A stretch of DNA of 63,093 bases, counting the filler, from Alcyonidium flabelliforme (taxonomy: Eukaryota), in assembly GCA_026167845.1 (NCBI GenBank). It is 32 parts of 32 records of this genome, joined end to end, with 100 filler letters (N's around TTAATTAATTAA, not from the genome) between each part and the next. Parts side by side here need not be neighbours in the genome. Positions count along the whole stretch, not along the records: positions 19,017 to 20,951 come from JAOQFJ010000063.1; positions 21,052 to 22,970 come from JAOQFJ010000064.1; positions 23,071 to 24,977 come from JAOQFJ010000065.1; positions 25,078 to 26,981 come from JAOQFJ010000066.1; positions 27,082 to 28,965 come from JAOQFJ010000067.1; positions 29,066 to 30,928 come from JAOQFJ010000068.1; positions 31,029 to 32,879 come from JAOQFJ010000069.1; 25 more parts are not named here. One strand, given 5' to 3'. Numbering within the stretch: the first letter of the stretch is position 1; every line of letters starts with the position of its first letter. Below, one piece after another: positions 20,592-32,461 of the stretch. Both the position numbers and the translations under genes were made by a program. Below the pieces are notes generated by a model, which was not told where the DNA came from, ran no database searches, and was given only the letters and a program-made list of their open reading frames with translations.

Positions 20592-20820
20592 TTATACACA
20601 GTTTAAGTGCATTTATAACCAATAAACTAACCTTTATATATCCTAATAGAGATCCTAATAGATCCTACTAGCGCTACAGGCTATAAGTGGCGGCGGGTCT
20701 AGCGCTTTGCGGTGTAGTGTGAACGGGAAAAAGGTGTAGTGTAAACGGGGAGTGGTGTAGCGTGAACGGGAAAAAGGTGTAGTGCGAGCGGGCAACGTGG
20801 TGTAGTGTAAACGGGAAAAA
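20592..20820 (+). promoter_or_regulatory. P1-type plasmid replication origin
   Basis: DnaA box TTATACACA (20592-20600); (A/T)(G/T)ATCCTA repeats with GATC at 20651 and 20661; GC-rich spacer; five iterons of consensus GGTGTAGTGTRAACGGG starting at 20711, 20733, 20754, 20776, 20799. Confidence 0.85.
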
Positions 20821-20847
20821 CAGCAACTTATAAACAAAGTACCTACT

Positions 20848-20951
20848 ATGGCTGAGATAATTAAATTAACTACTCCTAAGATTGGCAGCAAGCTAAGTAA
20901 CAAATTAGATGTAAACAGTTCATCCACAGTACAGGCGCTTGCTATGCTCCG
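20848..20951 (+). CDS. repA: Replication initiator RepA N-terminus, P1/RepFIB-like (partial; not in the ORF track)
   Basis: MAEIIKLTTPKIGSKLSNKLDVNSSSTVQALAMLR resembles the NxxxTVQPVALMRLG start of the P1/FIB family; lies directly after the iterons. Confidence 0.7.
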
Positions 20952-21051
20952 NNNNNNNNNNNNNNNNNNNNNNNNNNNNNNNNNNNNNNNNNNNNTTAAT
21001 TAATTAANNNNNNNNNNNNNNNNNNNNNNNNNNNNNNNNNNNNNNNNNNNN

Positions 21052-22970
21052 TCGACATCGAATTGATCTTCAGTTATCGAGCCATCTTCATCGACAACCG
21101 CGTAATCGAGATCAAATATAATATTGTCCAATCTACCGTCATTATCGGCATCGATATTGTCGTGCCTGATCGTATCATAGAGGGTGGCGGTATAAGTCAG
21201 GGCATCTGCACTGGTATAAGGCAATCCCTCAGGGTTGATTTCCACTTTGAATATGACGTTGTTGTTAGGATTATCGACTGTATCCGCAACCAGTTCGCCG
21301 CGCTGGGTAGTCGACACATATAGGGTGCTATAATCTATTACGCCATCGACCTCAGCATAGCGATAATAAAGCGGTAGCCCACTGCTCTGGAAACGGCCGT
21401 TTATTAGATCGCCATCACCCATGGTAAAGTAAATATCAGAGATATTATCCTCATTGCCAGTGACCGTAAATGCGGAATCGACTTTGACCACATAAGTGCT
21501 AGCAGTGCCCGAATTAGGGAACAAATCACTCTCTTTTAAGACAACGCTTTCATCGCTTTCAATGACGGGCGCAGTGTCTGTCACGCTTATAGGCTGCCTA
21601 GCAGTGCTCGATACGTCACCATCGGCGTCGATTAGTGTGTAACTAAATGATCCATCTTCTTGTGGATCAGGTAGAGGCGGCGCAGGAACACGATTATCAA
21701 TCGCTTTATTAGCGGCAAACGTCCAGCTGCCATCTTCATTAACCGTTAGAGTACCTGTTGGCGTTTCTAGACTCACCCCAAACTCGGTAGAATCTTCAAC
21801 CGTATTTCCATCTTTATCTACATAAGTAAAGTTATTGATTTTTAAGTCCGCATCTGCACCTTTATCGTTATCAATCACATTACCCGTAAGCAATGTACTA
21901 TCATCACCATCAATGTACGAGCCTTCCACCACACTTACAGGTGTATCATCTGTAGCCAGCACCTTGTCATCTTCGATATTGACATTAAACTGTTGCACTG
22001 TGGCACTGTCTGTATCTTGAATTTCATATTTGAGAGGTAAGGTTATTGTAACTCCATCCGTGTGATCTAGCTGACCTTGTAGCTCAAATATAAACGCTTG
22101 CGAATCTCCAGTACTATCCGTAGGGTTGGTCAGAGTAATAGTAAACACTTCACTACCTATGGCACTAGCAAAGACCGTATGACCGTCATTGCTCACCTGG
22201 TAAGTCAATGGCTCACCATTGGACTCAAGCGCCAAGGCTTCTAGCCCTGCTGTGGTAACACCAGTGAATACCACATCGCTGATGTCGTCTGCAGCTTTAG
22301 TGATACCAAGGTTACGCGTCGCTCGTAACGCATCAGGCGTCGTATCGGTACCGCCAGTTAGATCATCTTCATTCAGCGTTACTTCAGGAATAAGTGCCGT
22401 GGGCTGCGTGTCATCCACTGTGATATTAAAGTCGGCGGTACTGGTGTCACCATCGGCATCTGTAATCGTATAAGAGACACTATCGATAATGCCATTTAGA
22501 TTATTCGATGTATCATCTGATGTGTATGTCCACGTGCCATTTGCGTTGATAGTTAGCGAGCCGTATTGAGTATCAACTACAGAGCCTGCTGCTACTGTTT
22601 GACTATCGCCATTCTCATCTAAGTATGTGAATGACGTAATGGTTGTGTTTGCCGTACCCAAATCATCGTTGGTTAGTAAGTTTAGGGACGTGGTATTCGA
22701 CGATATAGTTTTACCGCCTTCAGTGACCTGAGCAGAATCATCGACTGCTTGCGGCGTCGCATCCACACTGATAACTGTCGTTGTTGTATTACTATTAGCA
22801 TTATTTATATCAGTGACTGTCACTTCAATGATACGGTCTATTTCGCTAGGGGTAGCAGAGGTGTTGGCAAAAGTGATGGCATCGATAGCGGTTTGGTAGT
22901 CAGCTAAGCTTGCACTCCCGCTCAACTCAATGCGGCTATTTCCTAACAATGTGGCTGAAATACCTGCTGG
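21052..22970 (-). CDS. Fragment of a giant repetitive T1SS/RTX-type adhesin (Ig-like, T1SS-143-like repeats)
   Basis: D/T-rich; GSLTINANGTWTY, YTITDADGDTSTA, SNGEPLTY repeats; open across the contig. Confidence 0.85.
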
Positions 22971-23070
22971 NNNNNNNNNNNNNNNNNNNNNNNNNNNNNN
23001 NNNNNNNNNNNNNNTTAATTAATTAANNNNNNNNNNNNNNNNNNNNNNNNNNNNNNNNNNNNNNNNNNNN

Positions 23071-24405
23071 TTCCAATTGCTGCTTGGGGTAGCTGGCCTC
23101 GTGATCGTCGTAGCCCACAAACTTGAGCCGGTAGCGCTCATTGTCCGCGAGGATGTGATCCATTATCACATCGTAGTCGATCTCGTCACCCTCAGTTGCC
23201 ACCACCCAACCCTTACGCTCCCACGCAGAATAGGGCACTCGGTGTTTTTGTTCTATCTCCACCATCTTATTTCTTGGGATGAAATGCACCCAACGCATGC
23301 AGACAAGCGTTTTGATGTCTCCCATCGCGGTACACCAAGATGCGAGATCGTTCGTCGATGCCAAGTCTAAGCCGCCGTAGACCGTCGATCCCTTGGGCAA
23401 TTGTCGGTCCTCGGTGGCCGGGCAAAGATCCCATTTCTTGAGCGAGAGCCAGCGCGTAACCTGTTGTGTGTGCTCGTTGAGGTGGAGTTGGCGAAACGTG
23501 TTTTCTAACCGGGGATTGTCGGCCGCCATCCGAGCCATCATCCTCATATCTTTGAGCGACTTAATGCCCTCATCGATCATTGGATTGACACGCCGCCACA
23601 TCTCCTCGTCAAGCCAATCCTCATCGTCCTCAATCTCAAGGATCAAAGCCAAGTATTCGGGATCGTGCTCGGGGTTTGCCTTGACCTTTGACGCGTATTC
23701 GTAGAGCTGCATTTCTACGCTCTCGGGTTCTTTGATGCCGGCCGTGGTGATCGATAAGAACAACGGTTGCTTTCGAGTGCCCGAGCCGGTGATCAACGAC
23801 GTCCACATGGCGAAGTACTTCCATGTGTGCATCTCATCGCCGATGACTAGGCTAGGATTCTTGCCGTGCTTGCCGTCTTTGTTGGTCGCGATCGCGGCCA
23901 TGGTCCCGCCGGTGATCCGGTTGACCATGGTTTTGTTGGATCGTCGCACTCGAATGAGACGCTCAAGGTGAGGATTAGCATCAACCATGACGGCCGCCGC
24001 TTCGAAAAGCAGGTTGGCATCGTCCTTGTTACCGGCCGCACAAACAATTTCGGGCTTGCGTTTAGAACAAGCCAACTCATAAACCGCGATCGCTGCGCAA
24101 GTTTCCGTCTTACAATTCTTTCGCGGCCACCAAATGCCGGCTTGACGATACGTCCGTGTACCAAAGTCGTCGGCGAGAGCGTCCTCAATGTCCCGATATA
24201 AATAGAGGAGCGGCCCAATCACCTCATCGATTTGGAATTGGGTACACTCAAACGGCTTGCCGGCATAGTCTCCCGAGGCGAACGTGAGAGCGGCCGAGCA
24301 AAACCGAAAGAAATCCATCTTGTAATCGACGGAGATGCGCGCGAGCGTTACCTCATCACGCCACTTTGCATCGGCATAGTCGAACCATTCGCCCTTGGCA
24401 ATCAC
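23071..24405 (-). CDS. terL: Phage terminase large subunit (HK97/cos-type), 3'-partial
   Basis: PRKNCKT Walker A variant, VIGDEMH Walker B, SITTAG, YGGLDLASTNDL nuclease motif. Confidence 0.93.
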
Positions 24406-24932
24406 GCACCCTCACCTCCAAGGAGCCGCCCGAGCTGCTCTCGGTCGCTTTCGATGGTCGGTTTGCCATCGGTTGGTGCCGGTCCCGGTGGCGGTTGGCC
24501 CACAACTCCGGTGAGAGTGATCTCCAAACCGGCCCGATCACTCGGTGACATGCCGAATTTTCCGCAGTATTTGAACACGGTTGCGCGTGCAGCGTTACGT
24601 AGATGGATGGCCGGGTTGGGATATTTCGTGCCCTTGGAGCCCTTGAGAAACCAACCGTTCTTTTTCACGTTGATATTGCACACTTCGAACTCGGCAAACG
24701 CCGTGCAAAGCAACGCAAATATATGGCGGTCTACCTCGGTGAGCAAACCAACCGCGATGAGTTGCGGAGCGTGCTCATTCCAAACTCGCAAACCTAGTCC
24801 GGTGACATAACTTGGCGGCTTGAGTTTTTGGTTGATCTCGGGAGCCGGCTCATGCTCGGGATCCCCGTCTCGGTGCTTTCGATGAGTGCCATCGGCAAGT
24901 TTCAACGCCGTTGGCCTTTTTTTCCGTGGCAT
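24402..24932 (-). CDS. terS: Phage terminase small subunit, P27 family
   Basis: PTALKL..G, PPSY, NPA, FGMSPSDR; GTGA overlap with terL. Confidence 0.9.
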   Translation of the reverse strand: MPRKKRPTALKLADGTHRKHRDGDPEHEPAPEINQKLKPPSYVTGLGLRVWNEHAPQLIAVGLLTEVDRHIFALLCTAFAEFEVCNINVKKNGWFLKGSKGTKYPNPAIHLRNAARATVFKYCGKFGMSPSDRAGLEITLTGVVGQPPPGPAPTDGKPTIESDREQLGRLLGGEGA

Positions 24933-25077
24933 CGGTCGGTACCCCCCCCATTCGTAGCGGTTTTTTTCTTGCGTTGGNNNNNNNNNNNNNNNNNNNNNNN
25001 NNNNNNNNNNNNNNNNNNNNNTTAATTAATTAANNNNNNNNNNNNNNNNNNNNNNNNNNNNNNNNNNNNNNNNNNNN

Positions 25078-25138
25078 TGCTCATTAGCGCATTAAGGCGT
25101 CTCGCAAACTCAGGGTGCTTAATCTCTAATTCGCTCAT
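25078..25138 (-). CDS. CI-like repressor N-terminus (partial)
   Basis: MSELEIKHPEFARRLNALM, divergent from cro. Confidence 0.6.
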
Positions 25139-25144
25139 TTAATC

Positions 25145-25230
25145 CTACCCTTAGTAGTAAAACATTATTTTAGTGCATATAGAGCCTTGCGTCATCACTA
25201 TTAAAAGTAGTAATATGCTACTTAAAGTAG
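25145..25230. promoter_or_regulatory. Three OR-like operators CTA(C/T)-N5-GTAG and a PR-like promoter
   Basis: Sites at 25145-25157, 25198-25210, 25218-25230; TTGCGT (25187)...TAATAT (25211). Confidence 0.65.
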
Positions 25231-25246
25231 TACGAGGAGCAAACGA

Positions 25247-25498
25247 ATGATTGAGAAAACCCCTTTAGAGAAAGCTTTCGATATTTTGGGCAATCCCGCT
25301 CAACTTGCTTACGCTTTAAATATTACAGCTTGGGCTGTCTATAAATGGAAAGTTGACCGTCCACCAAAAGAGCGTTGCTTGGATATTCAAGACTTAACCG
25401 ATAACCAAGTAACCGCCGAGCAGTTACGTCCTGATGTTAATTGGGACTACGAACGCAAACAGCGCAATTTAGCTAAACAACAAACCGAACACGCTTAA
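25247..25498 (+). CDS. cro: Cro-like (YdaS family) regulator
   Basis: GNPAQLAYALNITAWAVYKW...QLRPD. Confidence 0.85.
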   Translation: MIEKTPLEKAFDILGNPAQLAYALNITAWAVYKWKVDRPPKERCLDIQDLTDNQVTAEQLRPDVNWDYERKQRNLAKQQTEHA

Positions 25499-25522
25499 CT
25501 ACTACTACTACGGAGTTAAACC

Positions 25523-26203
25523 ATGTCCACAAATCAATTATCACTCGAAAGAAGCCGCCAGTCACGCAATATGCAATCAGACATCTTGCACGCAGTTGCA
25601 GAGGTCAAGCAGGTCAACGTTGCAAAATGCCTTGATGTTGATTCAAGCACAGTCGGACGCTGGCTAGATTCGAGCAAACCGGACAGTCAAGTCGTGCGCT
25701 TTTGCGACATGCTGGCTATCTGCGGCCTAAAGATCGTGCCAGCCAACGCAAAGCACTATGACGCAGCAAAAATCGAAATACTGTTCCGTATCACAAAAGA
25801 TCACTTTCAAAGCCTAAACGCAGTTGATGACTTCTTTCAAAACGACGCTGGCATGTCTGACAGCACCGACGCTCGTTACAGCCGCGCCAGCGACTTGTCA
25901 GACGTAAACGCCAATTCAAATATCGTGTCTGAATTTCTTGCCAGCTTCTATAAAGCCTGCAAGAGCTTGGCAGCACCTAAGAAGTACAGCCGTGAACCAA
26001 TCATGCTGACCGCAAGACCTGCCAGCGAGCAAGAGCATGAACGCAAGGCACGGCTGGCACGTCAGACCATCAATGAGTGTGAGCAGGAAGCTAAAGACAT
26101 GGAGGCTGACCAAGCAACATTTTGGAAGCTTGCTTATGTCTTATTCCACGTCGCATTGATTGCACTTGTCATTTACACGTTAATAAATTTTTGGGGAAAG
26201 TGA
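25523..26203 (+). CDS. CII-like regulator with a long C-terminal extension
   Basis: QVNVAKCLDVDSSTVGRW...LAICGLKIVP; position after cro. Confidence 0.7.
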   Translation: MSTNQLSLERSRQSRNMQSDILHAVAEVKQVNVAKCLDVDSSTVGRWLDSSKPDSQVVRFCDMLAICGLKIVPANAKHYDAAKIEILFRITKDHFQSLNAVDDFFQNDAGMSDSTDARYSRASDLSDVNANSNIVSEFLASFYKACKSLAAPKKYSREPIMLTARPASEQEHERKARLARQTINECEQEAKDMEADQATFWKLAYVLFHVALIALVIYTLINFWGK

Positions 26204-26981
26204 TGTTAAGAGAGCAAGTTTTTAGCGATATGAGTAACTATCCGAAAGTGAGCGAGACATCAACACCGATTGACAATGTTCAGTGGTTCGCAGAAAAAAT
26301 CGGTATCACAAACTTAGATGATCTAGGCGCGAAAGTTCGCACGATTATCGATGATGTGAACGAGTCTGAGTTAGCAAGACAAAAAGCGAAGAAAGCGCGT
26401 GAATCAAAAGCGCAAGATGAGTTTCTTGATGCAATGTTTAATCTTGATAGCGGCACAGCGGTACTACGTCAGAAGAGCGAACGCACCAAGCCAGTAGCTA
26501 AGCCTAAGACAGTAAAGGTGGCTAAGACTTATGTAGAACCCAAGCGTAAACCGCACAATCGCGTCAATCACAACAAGAGTCGTTTCGATAGAAAGGCAGC
26601 GCTAGATAGACGCTTGAATATCATGAGCATACTTAAAAATGGTGGTCGAATTGAGTACAAGCATCAGGGTGACTGTGAAGGCGGTTATACAGAGTATCAG
26701 ACTCAGTACACGGATATCCGCTGGCTGGCTCGCACCAAACAGATGGACATCGTTCGTATTCAGCGCATTAAAGACAGCAAGTCCTATTTTACTCTTGATA
26801 GGTTCTCGCGTCATCACATGAGTGAGTCGATCAGTGGCCGGTTATCACTTGAGGATAACCACACGCTTCTTGCAGTAATCAGTAGCAAAGAGGTTCTGCT
26901 GGCAAGCGACATCAATACGACGACTAAGATAGCAGCGCGGTCTATAGCAGTGTTGGCGCGTAAGTACGGCTTTGATATCTA
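26203..26981 (+). CDS. Phage hypothetical protein (3'-partial)
   Basis: ATG overlapping the upstream TGA; basic protein; open to the contig end. Confidence 0.7.
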
Positions 26982-27705
26982 NNNNNNNNNNNNNNNNNNN
27001 NNNNNNNNNNNNNNNNNNNNNNNNNTTAATTAATTAANNNNNNNNNNNNNNNNNNNNNNNNNNNNNNNNNNNNNNNNNNNNGTTTATTTTAAAGAAATTC
27101 CCTTTTTTAGCTAATAATAACTGTTCCAGCATGAAAAAAGTGCGGGCAATAGGAATATTAAGTAGAAAGGGAAAACTATGTAATGTGATTTTTAATTGTG
27201 ATGTGTAGTTTTGAAGAAATAAGCAATTAAGGTTTTTTTTTGGTAAATTTTAGGTAAATACAGCATAAGATTTTGCAAATTTGTGCAATTTTTTTTTGGT
27301 AAATATTATGAGTGCGTGCAAGGTACGTAGCTAGTTTTAATGTATTTAAGGTATAAAAAACCCCTAACTTTTAGAAATAATTATAAATTTACGTCAATCT
27401 TTTGAAATGCATAACGTCTATAATGATAGCGTGTAGAAAATGTAAAAATTACTAGTTTAATCCGATACTAGATAAGAAATAAATCTTGCATGTGGTTTTT
27501 TTTTTTGATCCCTCTTTACGAATTTATACGGAAAAGAAATAACCAGTTGATATTTTTTCTAGGTTGATAGTCCTTAGGCTTGGATCCGTTTTAGTTTAAT
27601 ATGACATTTTGTGGTTACAAATTGTAATTGGATCTATATATAATATTGATACAGTCATTTGCTAATTGGATGTTGATATCACAGAGTAGAACTTGTTTAT
27701 ATTAG

Positions 27706-28012
27706 AAAATAATGTATACATGTTCCAGGGCCAATGATATTATTTATATAAACCTACAACATGGATAGATAAAATATTGATAAATAATAAAAGCTTTACA
27801 GATTAAATAATTTAAAACTCAAATCATTAAGAGAACATAGTACATAAGGCATTAGGTCTTAAAAATAGAATGATTAAAATGTGATGCTTCAGTATATATT
27901 GACAGTGTTGTCCATAAAATAATGTATACATGTTCCAGGGCCAATGATATTATTTATGTAAACCTACAACATGGATAGATAAAATGTTGATAAATAATAC
28001 AAGCTTTACAGA
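27706..28012 (+). repeat. 97-bp direct repeat (27706-27802 and 27916-28012)
   Basis: Near-identical copies 210 bp apart. Confidence 0.85.
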
Positions 28013-28109
28013 CTAAAGTTCATTGTTGCCCTGAACAAGTATAAGTTTTTTGTGAAGAACACTGATTCAAATGGCCTACATTAGTGACTAAGTATTTGAG
28101 GTTAGTTTT

Positions 28110-28306
28110 TTTGTACTACAGACTGACGCGTCAGAAAGTAGATTAATAGGAGCTACAGGAGCACAAAGATAAACTTTTTTCAGTAGGATACGCCAGCAAA
28201 AAGCTGACAGAATGTGAACAGCAGTATGCTGCAGTAGAAAATGAATGCATAGCCATAATGTGGGCCATTAGTAAGTTTAAAATGTACTTGTATGGGAGGG
28301 AGTATC
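28110..28306 (+). pseudogene. Ty3/Gypsy RNase H remnant
   Basis: FVLQTDAS...GYASKKLTECEQQYAAVENECIAIMWAISKFKMYLYGR with a frameshift. Confidence 0.8.
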
Positions 28307-30479
28307 AGCTTACTACCACATAACCAACTAGTGAATAACTCATACCAGTCACTAATATCACTATAAGGACTGGCATCTTTACATGGTATGTTTTCTAAAT
28401 GGTATGTTTTTTCAACTACCCGTAAGTAACGTGCGTTACACGCTTAGCATCTGTTTGTTTGACTAAAATCACAAAAGGAATGTTTTTTTCAGGTGTAACG
28501 CTTCTTAGGGGTGTTTTGTTCCATAAGTCAATTCCTTAGTCATGTATTATTTTTCCAAAAAAACTCACTACCTTGGGGGCATATTTTGCATAATTTCACT
28601 TCATTAGGGACTTTTTCAAAAGCCATGTTGTAACATGCATACCCACTTTCATATTCACTGCCCGCCCGACAGGTGCGTGCCAACAATGCCCTTCATTGCT
28701 TAAAAAAGCAATTATATCATAACACTTTACAAATTACAATAATACCTTGTTCCTACATATAAACACAATAAAAATTCTCCGCACGACTTGTAGATTAATT
28801 GTTAAAGAACCTTTATTATGGAATAAAACCGGGGGGGGGCACAAATGCTGGGTCCACATGCGCGAACGAAAAATCGCGTGAAAAGGGTAAAATTATGAAA
28901 CACTATTTATACTTGTTCTTGGTACCAGTTTCCATGGAACATATGAGTACGTGCTTTTATATTCANNNNNNNNNNNNNNNNNNNNNNNNNNNNNNNNNNN
29001 NNNNNNNNNTTAATTAATTAANNNNNNNNNNNNNNNNNNNNNNNNNNNNNNNNNNNNNNNNNNNNATAAGATTAAAATTTCAAAATGGCCGCCATTAAAA
29101 TCCATCATGGCCGCCAAAAATTCGAAATATTTATATCCAGGCTTTCAGTTATTGTATAATTGCTGACAAGGAATAATTTTATGTGGAAAACAAATTCATT
29201 TGATAACATTTAAACAGTCACAGAGGAGAATGTGAAGAAATAGCAGCCATTTGTTGTAGTGCTATTCAAAATGGCCGACATAATCCACATATTTGCTCAA
29301 AAGCTGGCCCACTGCAGTCAGTACAGCATCCAGAAGTTAAGTTTTTTGGCTCTGATGATGTTTATTAGAGGTAAACAAATAATATCAGACCGGGATATCA
29401 GATTATAATTTCAAAATGGCTGCCATTATGTTCCAATATGGCCGCCAGAATATCAGAATGTTAATATTTCGGCTTTCAGTTTTCGTAAAAATGTTGTTTT
29501 GGTGACTAAACATAGATTTGTGGATATGGCAAATCCACTTAATAGGATTAAAACACATTCCTAGAGTACAATGTGAAGTAATAGCAGTCATTAAATAGAA
29601 TCCAATCCAGAGAAATACTTTAAAAATACACTTTTAATTACCAATATGTCCAAATAACCTGTAGAGCCACATGTATGGCTATCTCTTGTGCTGGATACAT
29701 GCATCTCAGAAAGTGTTTTATAAATTATACCAATGCCAAACACATGACTGTGCTTCAATGGAATACTTTCACATAACTACTTGCAAGTTCTGAGTAGTCA
29801 TCAGAGTCTTAAGTCTGAATCGCATGCAGAGTTTGATTCATTTGAAGAATCCGAGTCTGTATCCTCTGCATACAAGGGTTGAAGCTATCGATTCCTTAAT
29901 TATATTGCATAGCCTTTTAGGTAGAGCAGCCTTGCTGCATGTAATGGATTTGGTGACAGTTTCCATCACTGAGCTACCATCTGTGGTCAAGTGGAGATGG
30001 TGGATCATTAGGATTTTCATAGTTAAGTTGGAAGTACTCTTGATAATTAACCCTTGAAATCTTCGTTCTGTGGGAATCATCATCAGGAGCAATTCTCAGA
30101 GTGGATTTCTTCATGTTTCTCCATCTCCTTGCTCTAGCTTGAGCAAGGTTTCAGCCGAGCTTGTCTTTGATAAATATATGATGGTGAACTGTGTCTTAAA
30201 GTCGATAACGTGGTCTGTCACTGCCGAGTGATTCTAACAGAGAGCAAGCTTTCTTCTGACTTTATAGCACTTTCAAAGACAGCTTCGTTTTAATGTCCAA
30301 AGAAAGCACCAGCATCACTGGCGGTGAAGATGTGTAGTGGTACAGTAACTCTTGAAATCTCTTGGTAACAGGATCATTTAATGCATTGATGAGTGCCAAA
30401 ATTCTGTCGAGCATTGCAACAGATACATGAAGAGGTTTAAAGCTTTTACGTGAAGATCTAAACGGGGGTCTGTCAGAGT

Positions 30480-30900
30480 TTAAGATGCTGCTGGGATTAC
30501 CAGTTGACGGTGTTGACACTGCAGTGGATCTTCCTACGGGATAAATTCCGAGCAATGGCAGTCCAAAAATCTGATGTCAAGTATCTCCATTCTGTGAAGG
30601 ACAATTGCCCGAACTTGTTGTCTGACATGGGGAATGCAAAAGCAACAGAGTATGAATGCAGGTACCCAGAAGCGGACACAATTCTTCTGTGTATTTATTC
30701 TGCAATCAGAAATTCTGGAATAGATGACACGGTTATTCTGGAAATAGATGTAATTGCACTTTCCTCATATGTAGCACATCAAATGGAGGGGATTGTGCAA
30801 AACACGCACTATATACAGCTGTAAAGATATGTGTTCACAAAAAATTTCAAGAGTTATTATACCCCAGCATGTGTTCAATGAAGACGATGCGGCTGCTGCT
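30480..30900 (+). pseudogene. Decayed Academ-like transposase fragment
   Basis: YPEADTILL...TVIL..DV resembles the EEADT...DTDV region; broken frames. Confidence 0.35.
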
Positions 30901-31634
30901 TCCTTTGAAAGTGCCATAAAGTCGGAAGNNNNNNNNNNNNNNNNNNNNNNNNNNNNNNNNNNNNNNNNNNNNTTAATTAATTAANNNNNNNNNNNNNNNN
31001 NNNNNNNNNNNNNNNNNNNNNNNNNNNNGACCTGACTGCTTCATCCCGCGTAGGTCCCGAACAACAAGGTTTCCATATCTCTCTTCTCCATATCACCGCA
31101 TATCACCATTTGCCTTATGTGAGCTTGCTGGCGGAAGCTTTAGTTGGGCACTTCATAGCTGTCAGTCCGGGTTAGGCTGATACCTATCCTGGGTTAGATA
31201 TAAATGTCATAAATTGAATCCTCCCGACTGTGCGGCTAGACGATGCAACTATCTACCATATACTGAAAACTAGGATATTTCTTCGGAATGCAAAAGACCC
31301 GAAGACGGAACATTGTATTCTTATGATGAGCGGAAAACATCACAACAAGGACAAGGTCCAATTGCCACAACATCATCGTATGCTGAGCTGACTTTGCATC
31401 CTCACCCAGCTCATGCTCCTGGCTCTAGGACTGAGCATTACGTACACGCTTCACTCTCTCTCGTCCAGCAACAAAATATTCCACCAAAATTCATTTCACC
31501 ATGAATTGATTGATCCACATTGTTGGTCACCTGGGTACATTTTATTGACGCCACGAAGATGTGCCGCGTTATTCCACTTTCAGGGAAGCGCTCAGTGGCC
31601 ACAGTGGGAGGCATAGTACGGCAGACATAAGGAA

Positions 31635-32461
31635 TTAACAGGACACCGGGTCATTGTCCTCACGCTGGGAACTGGTTATAGCTTGGAATAGCCGAAGTAG
31701 CGGCTGTTGCGCCGACTTGCCGCACTGTCTGAACTCCCGAATATGAGGCTGGAGGAATGGAATACCGGGATGCTGATCGTAGCGCTTGCGGTATGAAACG
31801 AAATTGTGGCTCGGGTCTATGAGAGGCAGGATTTTGGGCGGTATCAAATGGGCAGGAGTAACAGTACGACTGGCGGCGAAATCACGGAGTGTATCAGATC
31901 CGACCACAATATATTTGCAAAGGCCGTCTAGTATAGCCATTCGAGAATAATAGTTGCGCGCCTCATAAAGCTCCTGTGAGAAAACAAATTAACCTTCAGT
32001 TTCTTGGTATGTTCGATAGTTGGAGTCCTCACCAATGTGCAGGTCTGAAGGTACGGAACTAGGTCCGACAGTCCAGAGCAGCATTCCAACACAGAATTGC
32101 TTAGCACTTGCCAATGGATGAGTGGTTCCAAAACCATAGCATCTTCCGCTATAAGTGTCTCTTGCGACAGTCTCTCAAATAAACATTTATCTGTCTGTGT
32201 CAAGGCTGTTGCCAAATCGGTCGCTGACGAAGAAAGGCAGTCTTCCAACAGAGGAAGAGAAGTTTCGAAGGGTGCGAACCAATTCATTCGGTCAGAGTGT
32301 CTGTATGCTTTCTGGAAACGTACAGCAAGGACACTGAGAACCTTGAATATAGTTGATAGGCTGGAGGAATGGTTTTTGAACAGTTGCTGAATTGGGGCTG
32401 CGATGAATGCAAATCCTGGGGTGTTACGTGAAGGCATATTGTGCTTGCCGTCAATGGCCAT
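31635..32461 (-). CDS. Fungal RasGEF-like domain protein with one intron (31974-32032)
   Basis: GT...CAG 59-nt intron joins the two ORFs: LATALTQTDKCLF...NYYSRMAILDGL...PGIPFL. Confidence 0.55.

Noticed and set aside
20711..20815. Possible CRISPR or mini-array
   Set aside because: Gaps between repeats are only 4-6 bp at helical-turn spacing, beside a DnaA box and a rep start: iterons
20655..20927. 90-aa minus-strand ORF
   Set aside because: Shadow frame across the origin and the repA start
29080..29450. Repeated AAAATGGCCGCC motifs
   Set aside because: Common motif in invertebrate repeats; irregular spacing and no array structure
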